Position numbers and translations under genes: made by a program | From: Verrucomicrobiota bacterium | Lineage (GTDB): Bacteria; Verrucomicrobiota; Verrucomicrobiia; Opitutales; LL51 | Direction: 5' to 3' | Assembly: GCA_021294815.2 (NCBI GenBank) | Contig: CP095464.1 | Coordinates: 450,001 to 482,000, forward strand | Length of the DNA: 32,000 bases | The notes under the pieces: model-generated | Told to the model about the DNA's origin: nothing | The model's input: only the letters and a program-made list of their open reading frames with translations | Databases searched by the model: none | Shown: in pieces, positions 9,025 to 17,431 of the stretch | How the letters are laid out: the number at the start of each line of letters is the position of its first letter | How positions within the stretch are numbered: position 1 is the stretch's first letter

Positions 9025-10164
9025 GTGATGGTGCCACCAGAGATTGTAGCTATTTCTGAGGACCTTCAGCGTCGAATTCAAGCGCTGGAGCGGTTTGTTG
9101 CCGTCGATACGAAGCGAGCACAGATCCAGACCTTAGAACGTGCCATGGAGGCTCCCAATTTTTGGAACGATCCGGAGCGGGCGCAATTCGTGAACCGCGA
9201 ACTTCGTAGCCTCAAAAACCTGATCGAGCCGATGGTCTCCTTGCGCCAAAAAATCCGCGATTGGAGCGATTTGCTGGAACTCTTGAAAGAGGAATCTGAC
9301 GATGAAGTTCTCTTACAGGAACTCCAAGCAGAGGCGCCGGCGTTAATGAATACGCTCGAAACGCTGGAGCTAAGTTCGTTTCTTTCCGGGAAGCACGACC
9401 GGTGTAACGCATTTTTAAGTATCCATGCAGGGGCCGGCGGTACGGAGTCCTGCGACTGGGCCGATATGTTGTTACGGATGTACCTGCGTTGGGCGGAGCG
9501 TCGGGGATTTTTAACCGAGATCCAAGACCTTCAGCCGGGAGAAGAAGCCGGAATTAGCCGAGCAACGATCCGGATTGTTGGCGAAAATGCCTACGGTTAT
9601 GCAAAGGCGGAGCGGGGAGTTCACCGCTTGGTACGGATTAGTCCTTTTGATGCCAATAAACGCCGGCATACCTCCTTTTGTTCGGTCGATGTGATTGCGG
9701 AAATTGAGGATGATGACGAGATCGAGATCAAGGATGACGAGTTGCGCATCGACACCTACCGTTCCAGCGGGAAGGGCGGTCAGCACGTCAATAAGACGGA
9801 GTCCGCGATCCGCATCACACACCTACCGACGGGGATTGTTGTGACCTGCCAGAATGAGCGTTCGCAGTACAAAAACAAAGAGGCGGCGATGAAGGCCCTT
9901 CGCTCTCGGCTCTACGAGCGCCAGGAAGACGCAAAACGGAGTGAACGCGAAAAGATGTACGGCGAGAAGGGTGAGATTGGCTGGGGTAATCAAATCCGCA
10001 GCTACGTTTTTCAGCCCTACCAGATGGTGAAAGATCTCCGGACGGGGATCGAAACCGGCAATCTACAAGCGGTAATGGATGGCGACCTTGATCTTTTCAT
10101 TAACGGCTGGCTCAAAGCTGGTTGCCCCAAGGACCGCCAGCAGGGTGTGTCTGTAGAGGAATAG
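9025..10164 (+). CDS. prfB: Peptide chain release factor 2
   Basis: RF2-specific 'SPF' tripeptide ([16 protein letters not shown]) and 'GGQ' motif ([14 protein letters not shown]). The ORF is continuous, starting at GTG 9025 or ATG 9028, with no programmed frameshift site. Confidence 0.92.
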   Translation: MMVPPEIVAISEDLQRRIQALERFVAVDTKRAQIQTLERAMEAPNFWNDPERAQFVNRELRSLKNLIEPMVSLRQKIRDWSDLLELLKEESDDEVLLQELQAEAPALMNTLETLELSSFLSGKHDRCNAFLSIHAGAGGTESCDWADMLLRMYLRWAERRGFLTEIQDLQPGEEAGISRATIRIVGENAYGYAKAERGVHRLVRISPFDANKRRHTSFCSVDVIAEIEDDDEIEIKDDELRIDTYRSSGKGGQHVNKTESAIRITHLPTGIVVTCQNERSQYKNKEAAMKALRSRLYERQEDAKRSEREKMYGEKGEIGWGNQIRSYVFQPYQMVKDLRTGIETGNLQAVMDGDLDLFINGWLKAGCPKDRQQGVSVEE

Positions 10165-10211
10165 AGGAGGATTTATGTGTCTTGCTTTCGAAAAAATCCC
10201 TATCCTCGGAA

Positions 10212-10230
10212 TGTTCCACGTGGAACAATG
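10212..10230. repeat. Copy 1 of TGTTCCACGTGGAACAATG (16-bp perfect palindrome core)
   Basis: Exact 19-nt match to 11271-11289. It lies in the convergent gap between the prfB stop and the stop of the 10266..11216 gene. Confidence 0.9.
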
Positions 10231-10265
10231 TACTTTGGGATAGCCGCAAGAATATTTGCATGATC

Positions 10266-11216
10266 CTAAAAATTCAATGCGTCGCCTAGGGCATGTTTGA
10301 CGAATTCTAGCGTTTGAGAGGCCGTTCCTAAGGATACAGGAGTTACAAATTTGATTGCCATATGCCCTTCAGTGTAAGTTTCCACGATTGCAAGCGGTTT
10401 TTGATCGGAAAATACGACAATACCGGCATCTTTCCCCTGTAACAGTTCCTGAATTTGAGGAAATTCATGGGAAAGTTCGTCGACGTTCTCTGGCGCAAAG
10501 GAGCATACATTAAAAGCATTGACGACTTGGATTCCGTTTTGTTCCTTCCAACTGGGTAAATTGGGAATCATTGATAACGGTTCGGTCGGCATGCCAGGAT
10601 AACCCAAGAAAATCTCGTGAATGGGATGACCGTAAACTTCCTGTACCCATCGCAACGTCGAGTAAGCGTATTGGAATCGTAGGGCCCTGTTGTCATTTTC
10701 GGAGAGAGTAGAGAGATTGGAGAGGTATTCCCAAAAATGGATACTCAGACCTCCGTTTTCCGCCTGGTCAACGAATAGCAGTCCTCGAAAAGCCGAGCCG
10801 CTGTCGCCACCTGGCGTTAAGGAGAGGATCACCTGGATCGCAAAGATTTCGTCGCTAAATGTTTGTTCTAGTGTTTCTACAACCGCTTTGGATTCCGTTT
10901 TACTGAGACCTAAATACTCAGAGGTTAAAATTTTAGCACCGTAGGGTAATTCGGCGAAAGCGACAAGTTTGATAAACGCTTTTCCGTTGAGCAACGCGAG
11001 CGACCGTTTGATGTAGGGATCTTTCGCGGCATCATGTTCATGGGGCTTCTCGTACGCTTCGAACATGATTAACTCATCGGTGGACTCCCAATCCGGGTCA
11101 ACCTCTCTTGCGATACTTTCGATTGTGGGGGCCTTTTCTGGAGTTGCAAAAGCACACGTCAGACCCGAAACGGAAACAATTGTCAATAGCTTTTTGAATA
11201 TTCCCATAATATCCAT
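10266..11216 (-). CDS. Hypothetical secreted protein (316 aa)
   Basis: Long ORF with an N-terminal signal-like segment (KKLLTIVSVSGLTCAFA). I recognise no family. It is bracketed by the palindrome copies. Confidence 0.6.
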   Translation of the reverse strand: MDIMGIFKKLLTIVSVSGLTCAFATPEKAPTIESIAREVDPDWESTDELIMFEAYEKPHEHDAAKDPYIKRSLALLNGKAFIKLVAFAELPYGAKILTSEYLGLSKTESKAVVETLEQTFSDEIFAIQVILSLTPGGDSGSAFRGLLFVDQAENGGLSIHFWEYLSNLSTLSENDNRALRFQYAYSTLRWVQEVYGHPIHEIFLGYPGMPTEPLSMIPNLPSWKEQNGIQVVNAFNVCSFAPENVDELSHEFPQIQELLQGKDAGIVVFSDQKPLAIVETYTEGHMAIKFVTPVSLGTASQTLEFVKHALGDALNF

Positions 11217-11268
11217 AGTTTTAAACTTTTTTACCTAATGAAATCTGTCAATATTTATCGTTAAAAGA

Positions 11269-11288
11269 ATTGTTCCACGTGGAACAAT
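11269..11288. promoter_or_regulatory. Copy 2 of the palindrome (20-bp perfect ATTGTTCCACGTGGAACAAT), candidate operator in a divergent promoter region
   Basis: It is self-complementary over 20 bp. It is centred about 51 bp upstream of the xth ATG and about 62 bp upstream of the divergent gene start. Confidence 0.5.
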
Positions 11289-11329
11289 GAGTTGTGTTTG
11301 CTCGAAAGATCGTTTTTTCTTGAGGGAGA

Positions 11330-12121
11330 ATGAAGATTGCGACATGGAATATTAATGGTCTTCGTGCGATTTTACAAAAGAATTTCGAGGTCAATGTTCG
11401 GGAGTTGAATCCAGATATTTTATGTCTACAGGAAATTAAAATTCAACCCTCACAGATCGAGGAATTATCGTCGTTTTTAGAAGAATATCCATTTCGTTAT
11501 TATCATTCTGCGGAACGTCCTGGGTACGCCGGCACAACGGTATTATCCAAAACGGCATTAAAAGAGCGGAAAGGAGAATCTCCAGATGTACTGATTCAAC
11601 CGCAAGAGGGACGGGTACAGGTACTCGATGTGGAGGAATTTTATCTCGTCAATGTCTATACGCCTAATGTCGGTTCAGAGCTAGCGCGATTACCGTTTCG
11701 GAGCGAGACGTGGGATCCGGAATTTTGTGCTTGGATTGATACGCTGCGGCAGGAAAGGCCGGTGCTGGTGTGTGGAGATTTTAATGTCGCGCACGAGGAA
11801 ATCGATCTTGCGCATCCCGAGCGCTGTCGTGGTTCGGCGGGCTTTACGGATGAGGAGCGCAGTGGTTTTGATCGCTATATTTCACGTGGTTGGGTAGATG
11901 TATTTCGTTCGTTTTATCCGGATGCGACAGATTGCTATACTTGGTGGTCATATCGGTCGGCAGCGCGGCAGCGAAACGTGGGATGGAGGATTGATTACTT
12001 TTTAGCATCAGATGATTTGTTAAGCAACATCCGGTCGATTGCGATATATCCGGATTGTTTGGGATCCGATCACGCCCCGGTTATGCTGGATCTGACATTG
12101 ACAAGTTCATCGAATCGATAG
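11330..12121 (+). CDS. xth: Exodeoxyribonuclease III (AP endonuclease, EEP family)
   Basis: 'MKIATWNINGLRA', 'LCLQEIK', 'GDFNVAHEEIDL' and 'GSDHAPV' motifs. SD GAGGGAG lies upstream. Confidence 0.9.
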   Translation: MKIATWNINGLRAILQKNFEVNVRELNPDILCLQEIKIQPSQIEELSSFLEEYPFRYYHSAERPGYAGTTVLSKTALKERKGESPDVLIQPQEGRVQVLDVEEFYLVNVYTPNVGSELARLPFRSETWDPEFCAWIDTLRQERPVLVCGDFNVAHEEIDLAHPERCRGSAGFTDEERSGFDRYISRGWVDVFRSFYPDATDCYTWWSYRSAARQRNVGWRIDYFLASDDLLSNIRSIAIYPDCLGSDHAPVMLDLTLTSSSNR

Positions 12122-12128
12122 AGCATAA

Positions 12129-12593
12129 GTGTCGGTGGAGCGTATTTCGAAAGTCGCGTATTATTTAGACATTGCTCGAGCGGTTGCGAAGCGATCCACA
12201 TGTTTGCGCCGACAGTACGGTTGTGTGCTTGTAAAGTTAGATGAAATCGTAGCAACGGGGTACAACGGGGCGCCACGTGGACAGCAGAACTGTTGTGATG
12301 CGGGATTTTGCTATCGGAAGCAGTGTAATGTTCCACACGGGCAGCGCTACGAATTATGTGTCGCGGTACACGCGGAACAAAATGCGATTATTTCAGCTGC
12401 TCGAGCAGAAATGCTCGGGGGAACAGCTTTTTTAGCGGGGTTCGATTTGGAGATGGGTGAGGAAATTGATGCGGTTCCGTGTCGTATCTGCGCACGGATG
12501 CTGATGAATGCCGGTATTGAACAGGTTATCAGCCGACAAGGCGTTTTATCGCCGAAAATGCTCGTCGAATCGGATTCAACGCGAGCCTGCTAA
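12129..12593 (+). CDS. dCMP deaminase (ComEB/deoxycytidylate deaminase family)
   Basis: Zinc-binding motifs 'VHAEQNAI' (HAE) and 'PCRICARML' (PCxxC). GTG start lies 8 nt after the xth stop. Confidence 0.8.
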   Translation: MSVERISKVAYYLDIARAVAKRSTCLRRQYGCVLVKLDEIVATGYNGAPRGQQNCCDAGFCYRKQCNVPHGQRYELCVAVHAEQNAIISAARAEMLGGTAFLAGFDLEMGEEIDAVPCRICARMLMNAGIEQVISRQGVLSPKMLVESDSTRAC

Positions 12594-12634
12594 AAAGAGT
12601 TGCGACATGACAAAAGATCGAAAGGGTAGGTGGT

Positions 12635-13273
12635 ATGAAAATTATCCCCGCACACGTTGAACTACTAACGCCGATTGATACCGATGCTGTCATGCGGCAT
12701 ATCGAACAATGTGGGCGTGTGTGCTATAAGTCAGAGGGAAAAACGAGTGAAACGAGTGCGGCGACCTTTATCGCGGGCATTGTCAAACGCGGGCATGAAG
12801 CGGTGCTCGAGCACTACTCCTTAACGCTTAAATTTATTTGTGATCGCGGTGTATCGCATGAAATCGTCCGCCACCGAATTGCGTCTTATTGTCAGGAATC
12901 GACGCGGTATTGTAATTACGCGAAGGACCAGTTTGGACATGAAATTACGGTGATTGCGCCTTGTTTTTGGGTACCCGAGAGCGCTTGTTATCGGGAGTGG
13001 GTTTTAGCGATGGAGCAAGCGGAGACGCGATACTTTAAGTTGCTCGAGGGAGGGGCGACGCCGCAGGAAGCGCGTGCGGTTTTACCAAACAGCCTCAAGA
13101 CAGAGGTTGTGATGTCGGCCGACCTACGGGAATGGCGACATTTTTTTCGCCTACGGTGCACACGCTTTGCGCATCCACAGATTCGGGAGGTTGCGCTCCA
13201 AGCGTTTACGCTTTTAGCGATGAAGTTACCGATTTTTTTTCAAGATTTAGCGCAAGAGTTTAAGGAAGCCTAG
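12635..13273 (+). CDS. thyX: FAD-dependent thymidylate synthase ThyX
   Basis: ThyX signature 'RHRIASYCQESTRY' (RHRxxSxxxxSxRY). The length of 212 aa fits. Confidence 0.9.
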   Translation: MKIIPAHVELLTPIDTDAVMRHIEQCGRVCYKSEGKTSETSAATFIAGIVKRGHEAVLEHYSLTLKFICDRGVSHEIVRHRIASYCQESTRYCNYAKDQFGHEITVIAPCFWVPESACYREWVLAMEQAETRYFKLLEGGATPQEARAVLPNSLKTEVVMSADLREWRHFFRLRCTRFAHPQIREVALQAFTLLAMKLPIFFQDLAQEFKEA

Positions 13274-13905
13274 ATACGTCGCGCTCGCGGTGGCAACACG
13301 ATGTTAGCGGAAGGGTTTAGAAACCTCCACCACGTGACAGCCTTTTGTGCGCACGAAATTAAATCTAAAGAAGTGGCGATATCAAATAATTGCTGAAAGA
13401 GCGTCTCGTACGCTTGGAGTTCAATTAAAGTCGGAGAGAAACGCGGAGGCCGTATGCTTTGCTTGTGTTTCCATTGTTTTTTAAGTTCTGTATAACGAGC
13501 CTTTTTTAATGTAATTTCTTCTTTCCAATCGACATACTTTAAAACGTCCATGACATTTTGAAGGAGCGAGACCATTTGTTGTTCTTCCGTAACGGTTATT
13601 TGAAAATCACGCTGTCTCGCGTACCAATCAAAGAGTAAATTCATAGCTACGATCGTATCTTGTAGATTTTGAATAGGGGTGACGGTTAGTTTTTGCGGAA
13701 AGGCCGCCCAGATTTGACCCTCTTGTGTAGATCTTAGGGGCGGAATAACGTTTGTCGAAGCTAGGTTTTGCCGTCTTGCCCGAGGGTGATGTTCCGGTCT
13801 TGTTTGAGGAATAGTGATATGGGGTCTGCTGCTAGACGCGCCGAGAGTCGAAGGCACACTCAACAAAAGAGCCCCAATCAAATAACCTTTTCCCATAATC
13901 GGCAT
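13270..13905 (-). CDS. Hypothetical secreted protein (211 aa)
   Basis: Signal-like N-terminus (GYLIGALLLSVPSTLGASS). It is convergent with thyX and shares the tetranucleotide CTAG for both stop codons. Confidence 0.55.
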   Translation of the reverse strand: MPIMGKGYLIGALLLSVPSTLGASSSRPHITIPQTRPEHHPRARRQNLASTNVIPPLRSTQEGQIWAAFPQKLTVTPIQNLQDTIVAMNLLFDWYARQRDFQITVTEEQQMVSLLQNVMDVLKYVDWKEEITLKKARYTELKKQWKHKQSIRPPRFSPTLIELQAYETLFQQLFDIATSLDLISCAQKAVTWWRFLNPSANIVLPPRARRI

Positions 13906-14014
13906 GCTCTAGTCTATAGTTAAAATGTTTTTTACAATAATTTTCGGAGCGAAAAAGGCTTTTCTTAAATCGTTTCAAGGTAACAGTATTCATAAAGAGA
14001 TGAAAGAGGGATTG

Positions 14015-15220
14015 ATGCGCGGGTTACTTGCGGAACGGATAGGAGGGCAAGATTTTGATCGAGCAGGGGGATATAAAATGGAGGAGATTAAGGCCGCTAA
14101 GCGCCGATTTCAAGCCGAACATCCCGATCGTGTTTTATTAGACATGGGGATTGGGGAGCCCGATTTACCTCCACCCGACAGTGTTATCGAAGAGCTCTGC
14201 TCCCAAGCGCACTTTGTGGAAAATCAAGGCTATGCGGACAATGGCTGTCCAGAATTTCGCGAAGCCGCTACTCGATTCATACAAAAAACTTTTGGCGTTA
14301 CGGTTGATTCTCAAACGGAACTTGCTCACTGCATCGGGGCGAAATCAGCGCTTTCGTTAATGCCACTGTGCCTCATTAATTCAGGAGATCTTATTATTGC
14401 AACACATCCTGTTTATCCGATTTTCAACACGCATGTAGAATATCTCGGCGGTGAAGTTTTCTCGTTACCCCTTCTTTGGGAGCGGCAATTTCTCCCTGAT
14501 CTTTCGTTAATTCCGACGGATGTAGCCCGAAGGGCGAAGGTTTTTCACGTCAACTATCCCAACAATCCGACGTCCGCGCCTGCGACATCCACATTTTTTG
14601 TCGAACTCATCGAATTTGCGCATCACTATGATATCGCGGTCATCAACGATGCCGCTTACGCGTGTCTCACGGAGCATCCGCGTTCGATTTTACAATGTCT
14701 CCATGCGAAGGACATTGCGATTGAAATCCACTCGATGTCCAAAACGTACAACATGACGGGCTGGCGTTTAGGCTGGGTTTGCGGCAACGCGGATTTAGTT
14801 AGCGCCTTTTCGAAAGTCAAAGACTACTCCGACTCCGGGCAATTCCTAGCCATTCAGAAAGCGGCAATTCAAGCGCTCGAGGATTGTACGTTTTCGCAAA
14901 AAATGACACAGCGCTACCAACAGCGCAAGCAATCGGTTGCGGCGATCCTAAAAACACACGGCTTTGAAGTGTATTCCTCTGATTGCGGTTTCTTTTTATA
15001 TGTCCGCGTTCCCCAAAAACTCCGTTATCAAGGACAGGAAATTTCCGTAACCTCAGCAGCCGCTTTAAGCCAATGGCTTCTCGAGGCACTCGGCATTGTT
15101 TCCGTCCCCTGGGAAGATCCAGAACCCAGCATCCGCTTCTCTATGACCTTCCGCTGTACCTCCGAAGAGGAGTTTTACGAGCGCCTTACCAATCGCCTCA
15201 AAGGAATAAAGGCTGCCTAG
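14015..15220 (+). CDS. PLP-dependent class I/II aminotransferase (DapL/PatA-like)
   Basis: 'LDMGIGEPDLPPP', 'NYPNNPT' and the PLP-lysine motif 'SMSKTYNMTGWRLGW'. The start is uncertain: the ORF opens at 13925, ATG 14015 follows AGAGGG, and ATG 14000 is also possible. Confidence 0.8.
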   Translation: MRGLLAERIGGQDFDRAGGYKMEEIKAAKRRFQAEHPDRVLLDMGIGEPDLPPPDSVIEELCSQAHFVENQGYADNGCPEFREAATRFIQKTFGVTVDSQTELAHCIGAKSALSLMPLCLINSGDLIIATHPVYPIFNTHVEYLGGEVFSLPLLWERQFLPDLSLIPTDVARRAKVFHVNYPNNPTSAPATSTFFVELIEFAHHYDIAVINDAAYACLTEHPRSILQCLHAKDIAIEIHSMSKTYNMTGWRLGWVCGNADLVSAFSKVKDYSDSGQFLAIQKAAIQALEDCTFSQKMTQRYQQRKQSVAAILKTHGFEVYSSDCGFFLYVRVPQKLRYQGQEISVTSAAALSQWLLEALGIVSVPWEDPEPSIRFSMTFRCTSEEEFYERLTNRLKGIKAA

Positions 15221-15318
15221 AAAAACCGCAGAGGCCGGTTCTGATTTTTACGGAACACAACCTCTGTTTGTCTTTATGTATAAACCTTAAAAATTGGCTT
15301 TGCTTCTATGATTAAGGA

Positions 15319-16221
15319 TTAAACCTCTTCTGGATGTAAAAATAGGGAAACAATCAGCATACATGCCCGGGCACTATTGGTTGGGTAATCCTCTTGCTCC
15401 TGAGTAAAGCTGGCCTCAAGCGCTTCGCAATTACGGCAAAAACCGGGATCTTCTTTGAACGGCGCTAAAGAGCGAACGAGATCGAGCATCGCACGTCTAT
15501 CTGCTTCATTTTTGCGGAAATTCGCGAACGGGTGTGATTGAACCCAATCAAATAGAGCATGACCAAAATGAGAGGTAACACCCAGCAGGCCATCGCCTTC
15601 GTAATGATAAATCGCATTCAGGTCGGAGAGAACGGTATGCGCCAAATCACCATTTATCTCGTGATTTTCAGGGGGACGCCGATCCGTTCCATCGAGGACG
15701 ATGTTTGCTCCCTGAGCAAGCGCAATCCCTTGTTGCACGCTCATTGTAGGCGAGTTGTTCGGTAATTGCGCCTGTGTGCTGCCAACTACAACGTTATCAT
15801 TCTGATCGGAGCTATTGGACATTGAGAGCTGCCGCAATAACTCCTCTAGCGGGATGGCAGGATTTTCCGGAGTCACGTTAGCAGACTGTTCCTGACGGAG
15901 CTGTGTAAGGAGCTCCGTCAGAACGTTTGACGTCGAATCCGAAGACGGCAGAACTTCCTCCAGACGCTTCCTTGCCTCTTCTTCTCGAAGTCTTTGATCT
16001 GTTGCTTCCGCTTCCTTTTGCGCTCTTTCTGTCTCTTCTTCGCGTAATATCTGTTCCTCTAATGACTGACGTTTCCTTTCTAACTCCGCCCTCCGAGCCT
16101 CCTCTTGCGCTCGACGCACTTGCTCTTGATACTGGACCTGAGGTGATAGTTGCGCAGTCTGATTGCTACGAGCTTGCTCGCCTCCTCCATTGCTCGCACT
16201 AGCCTCCCGTTGCTTGCTCAT
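15319..16221 (-). CDS. C-terminal part of a secreted repeat protein (E/R/K-rich coiled coil plus unknown globular domain)
   Basis: 300-aa ORF. Its ATG is in frame with the upstream repeat ORF and separated from it only by TGA 16252-16254 plus 10 codons. The N-terminus 'MSKQREAS' is a degenerate copy of the repeat 'MSQRERQREA'. Confidence 0.65.
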   Translation of the reverse strand: MSKQREASASNGGGEQARSNQTAQLSPQVQYQEQVRRAQEEARRAELERKRQSLEEQILREEETERAQKEAEATDQRLREEEARKRLEEVLPSSDSTSNVLTELLTQLRQEQSANVTPENPAIPLEELLRQLSMSNSSDQNDNVVVGSTQAQLPNNSPTMSVQQGIALAQGANIVLDGTDRRPPENHEINGDLAHTVLSDLNAIYHYEGDGLLGVTSHFGHALFDWVQSHPFANFRKNEADRRAMLDLVRSLAPFKEDPGFCRNCEALEASFTQEQEDYPTNSARACMLIVSLFLHPEEV

Positions 16222-16251
16222 GTCTTGGGAGCCGGTCTTATTAGCTGAGGC

Positions 16252-16617
16252 TCAGCACACTTGCCCTCCACATTCATAAACCGCTCGCATTCTAGCCTCC
16301 CGTTGCCGCTCTCGCTGGCTCATGTCTTGGGAGGTCAGAACCGGTTGTGGCTGAGGCACCGGCTGTAGCGCAGCCGGGTTATTACGCACTTGCCCTCCAC
16401 ATTCATAAACCGCTCGCATTCTAGCCTCCCGTTGCCGCTCTCGCTGGCTCATGTCTTGGGAGGTCAGAACCGGTTGTGGCTGAGGCACCGGCTGTAGCGC
16501 AGCCGGGTTATTACGCACTTGCCCTCCACATTCATAAACCGCTCGCATTCTAGCCTCCCGTTGCCGCTCTCGCTGGCTCATGTCTTGGGAGGTCAGAACC
16601 GGTTGTGGCTGAGGCAC
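16252..16617 (-). pseudogene. Middle fragment of the same repeat protein (about 2.8 copies of the 43-aa repeat)
   Basis: It translates as repeated MSQRERQREARMRAVYECGGQVRNNPAALQPVPQPQPVLTSQD. There is no independent signal peptide or RBS. It ends at an in-frame TGA. Confidence 0.6.
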
Positions 16618-16779
16618 CGGCTGTAGCGCGCAGCCGGGTTATGTCTTGGGAGGTCAGAACCGGTTGTGGCTGAGGCACCGGCTGTAGCGCAGCCGGGTTA
16701 TTACGCACTTGCCCTCCACATTCATAAACTGCTCGCATCCTAGCCTCCCGTTGCCGCTCCCGCTGGCTCATGCCTTGCG
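16256..16779 (-). repeat. 129-bp coding tandem repeat array
   Basis: The landmark TTGCCCTCCA recurs at 16261, 16390, 16519 and 16709 (periods 129, 129 and 129+61). Units are near-identical. The terminal unit (16709-16779) is diverged, and a degenerate partial unit lies at 16199-16240. Confidence 0.95.
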
Positions 16780-16861
16780 TTGAACCCGATGCCTGTAATT
16801 GATTTACTGAAGCACCTATCAAAAGCGCAAATGACAATATTTTCCGTAAACATCTTTTCAT
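16550..16861 (-). pseudogene. N-terminal fragment of the same repeat protein (signal peptide plus first repeat, then frameshifted)
   Basis: Signal peptide MKRCLRKILSFALLIGASVNQLQA and one good 43-aa unit. The frame is then lost at the 61-bp aberrant unit (about 16621-16708). Confidence 0.6.
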
Positions 16862-16999
16862 AGCAGAGGAGATTTTCTTTTTGTTATGATGATACTGTCA
16901 ATGCGTTTACATTACAAAGGGCAGTTTGAGTGAGTTTTTAAATCTTTATTGACAAAAATTCGGACAAAACGACCGATTTTCGTCGGTGTAGGTAAAACC

Positions 17000-17044
17000 A
17001 AAACGGTGAAATCTCTGTTGCTTAACAGAAACACCACCGTTTTT
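17000..17044 (-). terminator. Composite hairpin downstream of the 86-aa gene
   Basis: Outer 9-bp stem AAAACGGTG (17000-17008) pairs with CACCGTTTT (17035-17043) and encloses an inner TCTGTT/AACAGA stem. T-rich flanks occur on both strands. It lies about 40 nt after the stop at 17087. Confidence 0.5.
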
Positions 17045-17086
17045 AAAATACACAATGAAGCAGAATAAATCTTTCCCTTAAAGGGA

Positions 17087-17347
17087 TTATTCTCGCTTAA
17101 AAAAGGAAAAATTTGCTTCGTATTCGTGAAGCTGTCTTAAAATTTCACGCCGCCGCTGAATAGCTTGTGCACGCAGTCCCCAATTTGCTTCTGGTATTCC
17201 TTGGATGATAATAGTTAACTGCTCGACTGCCCAACGAAGCTCTTCCACGCTCCGTGCCTCTTCTTCGGTATCTGCGTGTAGAGGGGCAAATAAAGAGCTT
17301 GTGATGCCAATGAACAACGATAATTTTTTGAGAAGATGTACTTTCAT
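17087..17347 (-). CDS. Small hypothetical secreted protein (86 aa)
   Basis: Signal peptide MKVHLLKKLSLFIGITSSLFAPLHA followed by a charged helical region. No family recognised. Confidence 0.5.
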   Translation of the reverse strand: MKVHLLKKLSLFIGITSSLFAPLHADTEEEARSVEELRWAVEQLTIIIQGIPEANWGLRAQAIQRRREILRQLHEYEANFSFFKRE

Positions 17348-17431
17348 AACGTCGCCGCTTCTCTCTGTGTTTTAGGGCGATGTCAAGAAAATTTTATTAA
17401 TATTTTATGAAAAAATTAAGCAGAAAATGTT

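Noticed and set aside
9025-9180. Expected a programmed +1 frameshift site near codon 25 of prfB.
   Set aside because: The RF2 reading frame is continuous from the start ([20 protein letters not shown]...), with no in-frame stop and no CUU-UGA-type site. This organism appears to encode RF2 without autoregulatory frameshifting.
10212-11288. The palindromes as integron attC sites or as simple intrinsic terminators.
   Set aside because: The arms do not fit the GTTRRRY/RYYYAAC core sites, and no integrase is nearby. There is no U-tract after either copy, and copy 2 is in a promoter region rather than a terminator position.
16252-16254. The in-frame TGA as selenocysteine or as evidence of a reassigned genetic code.
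   Set aside because: TGA terminates at least two other well-defined genes here (the PBP and the membrane GNAT), and an RF2 gene (UGA/UAA decoding) is present in the window. No SECIS-like hairpin is evident just downstream. A nonsense mutation is the simpler explanation.
16256-16779. The regular 129-bp repeats as a possible CRISPR array.
   Set aside because: The units are contiguous with no unique spacers, far longer than CRISPR repeats, and translate in one frame as a protein repeat.
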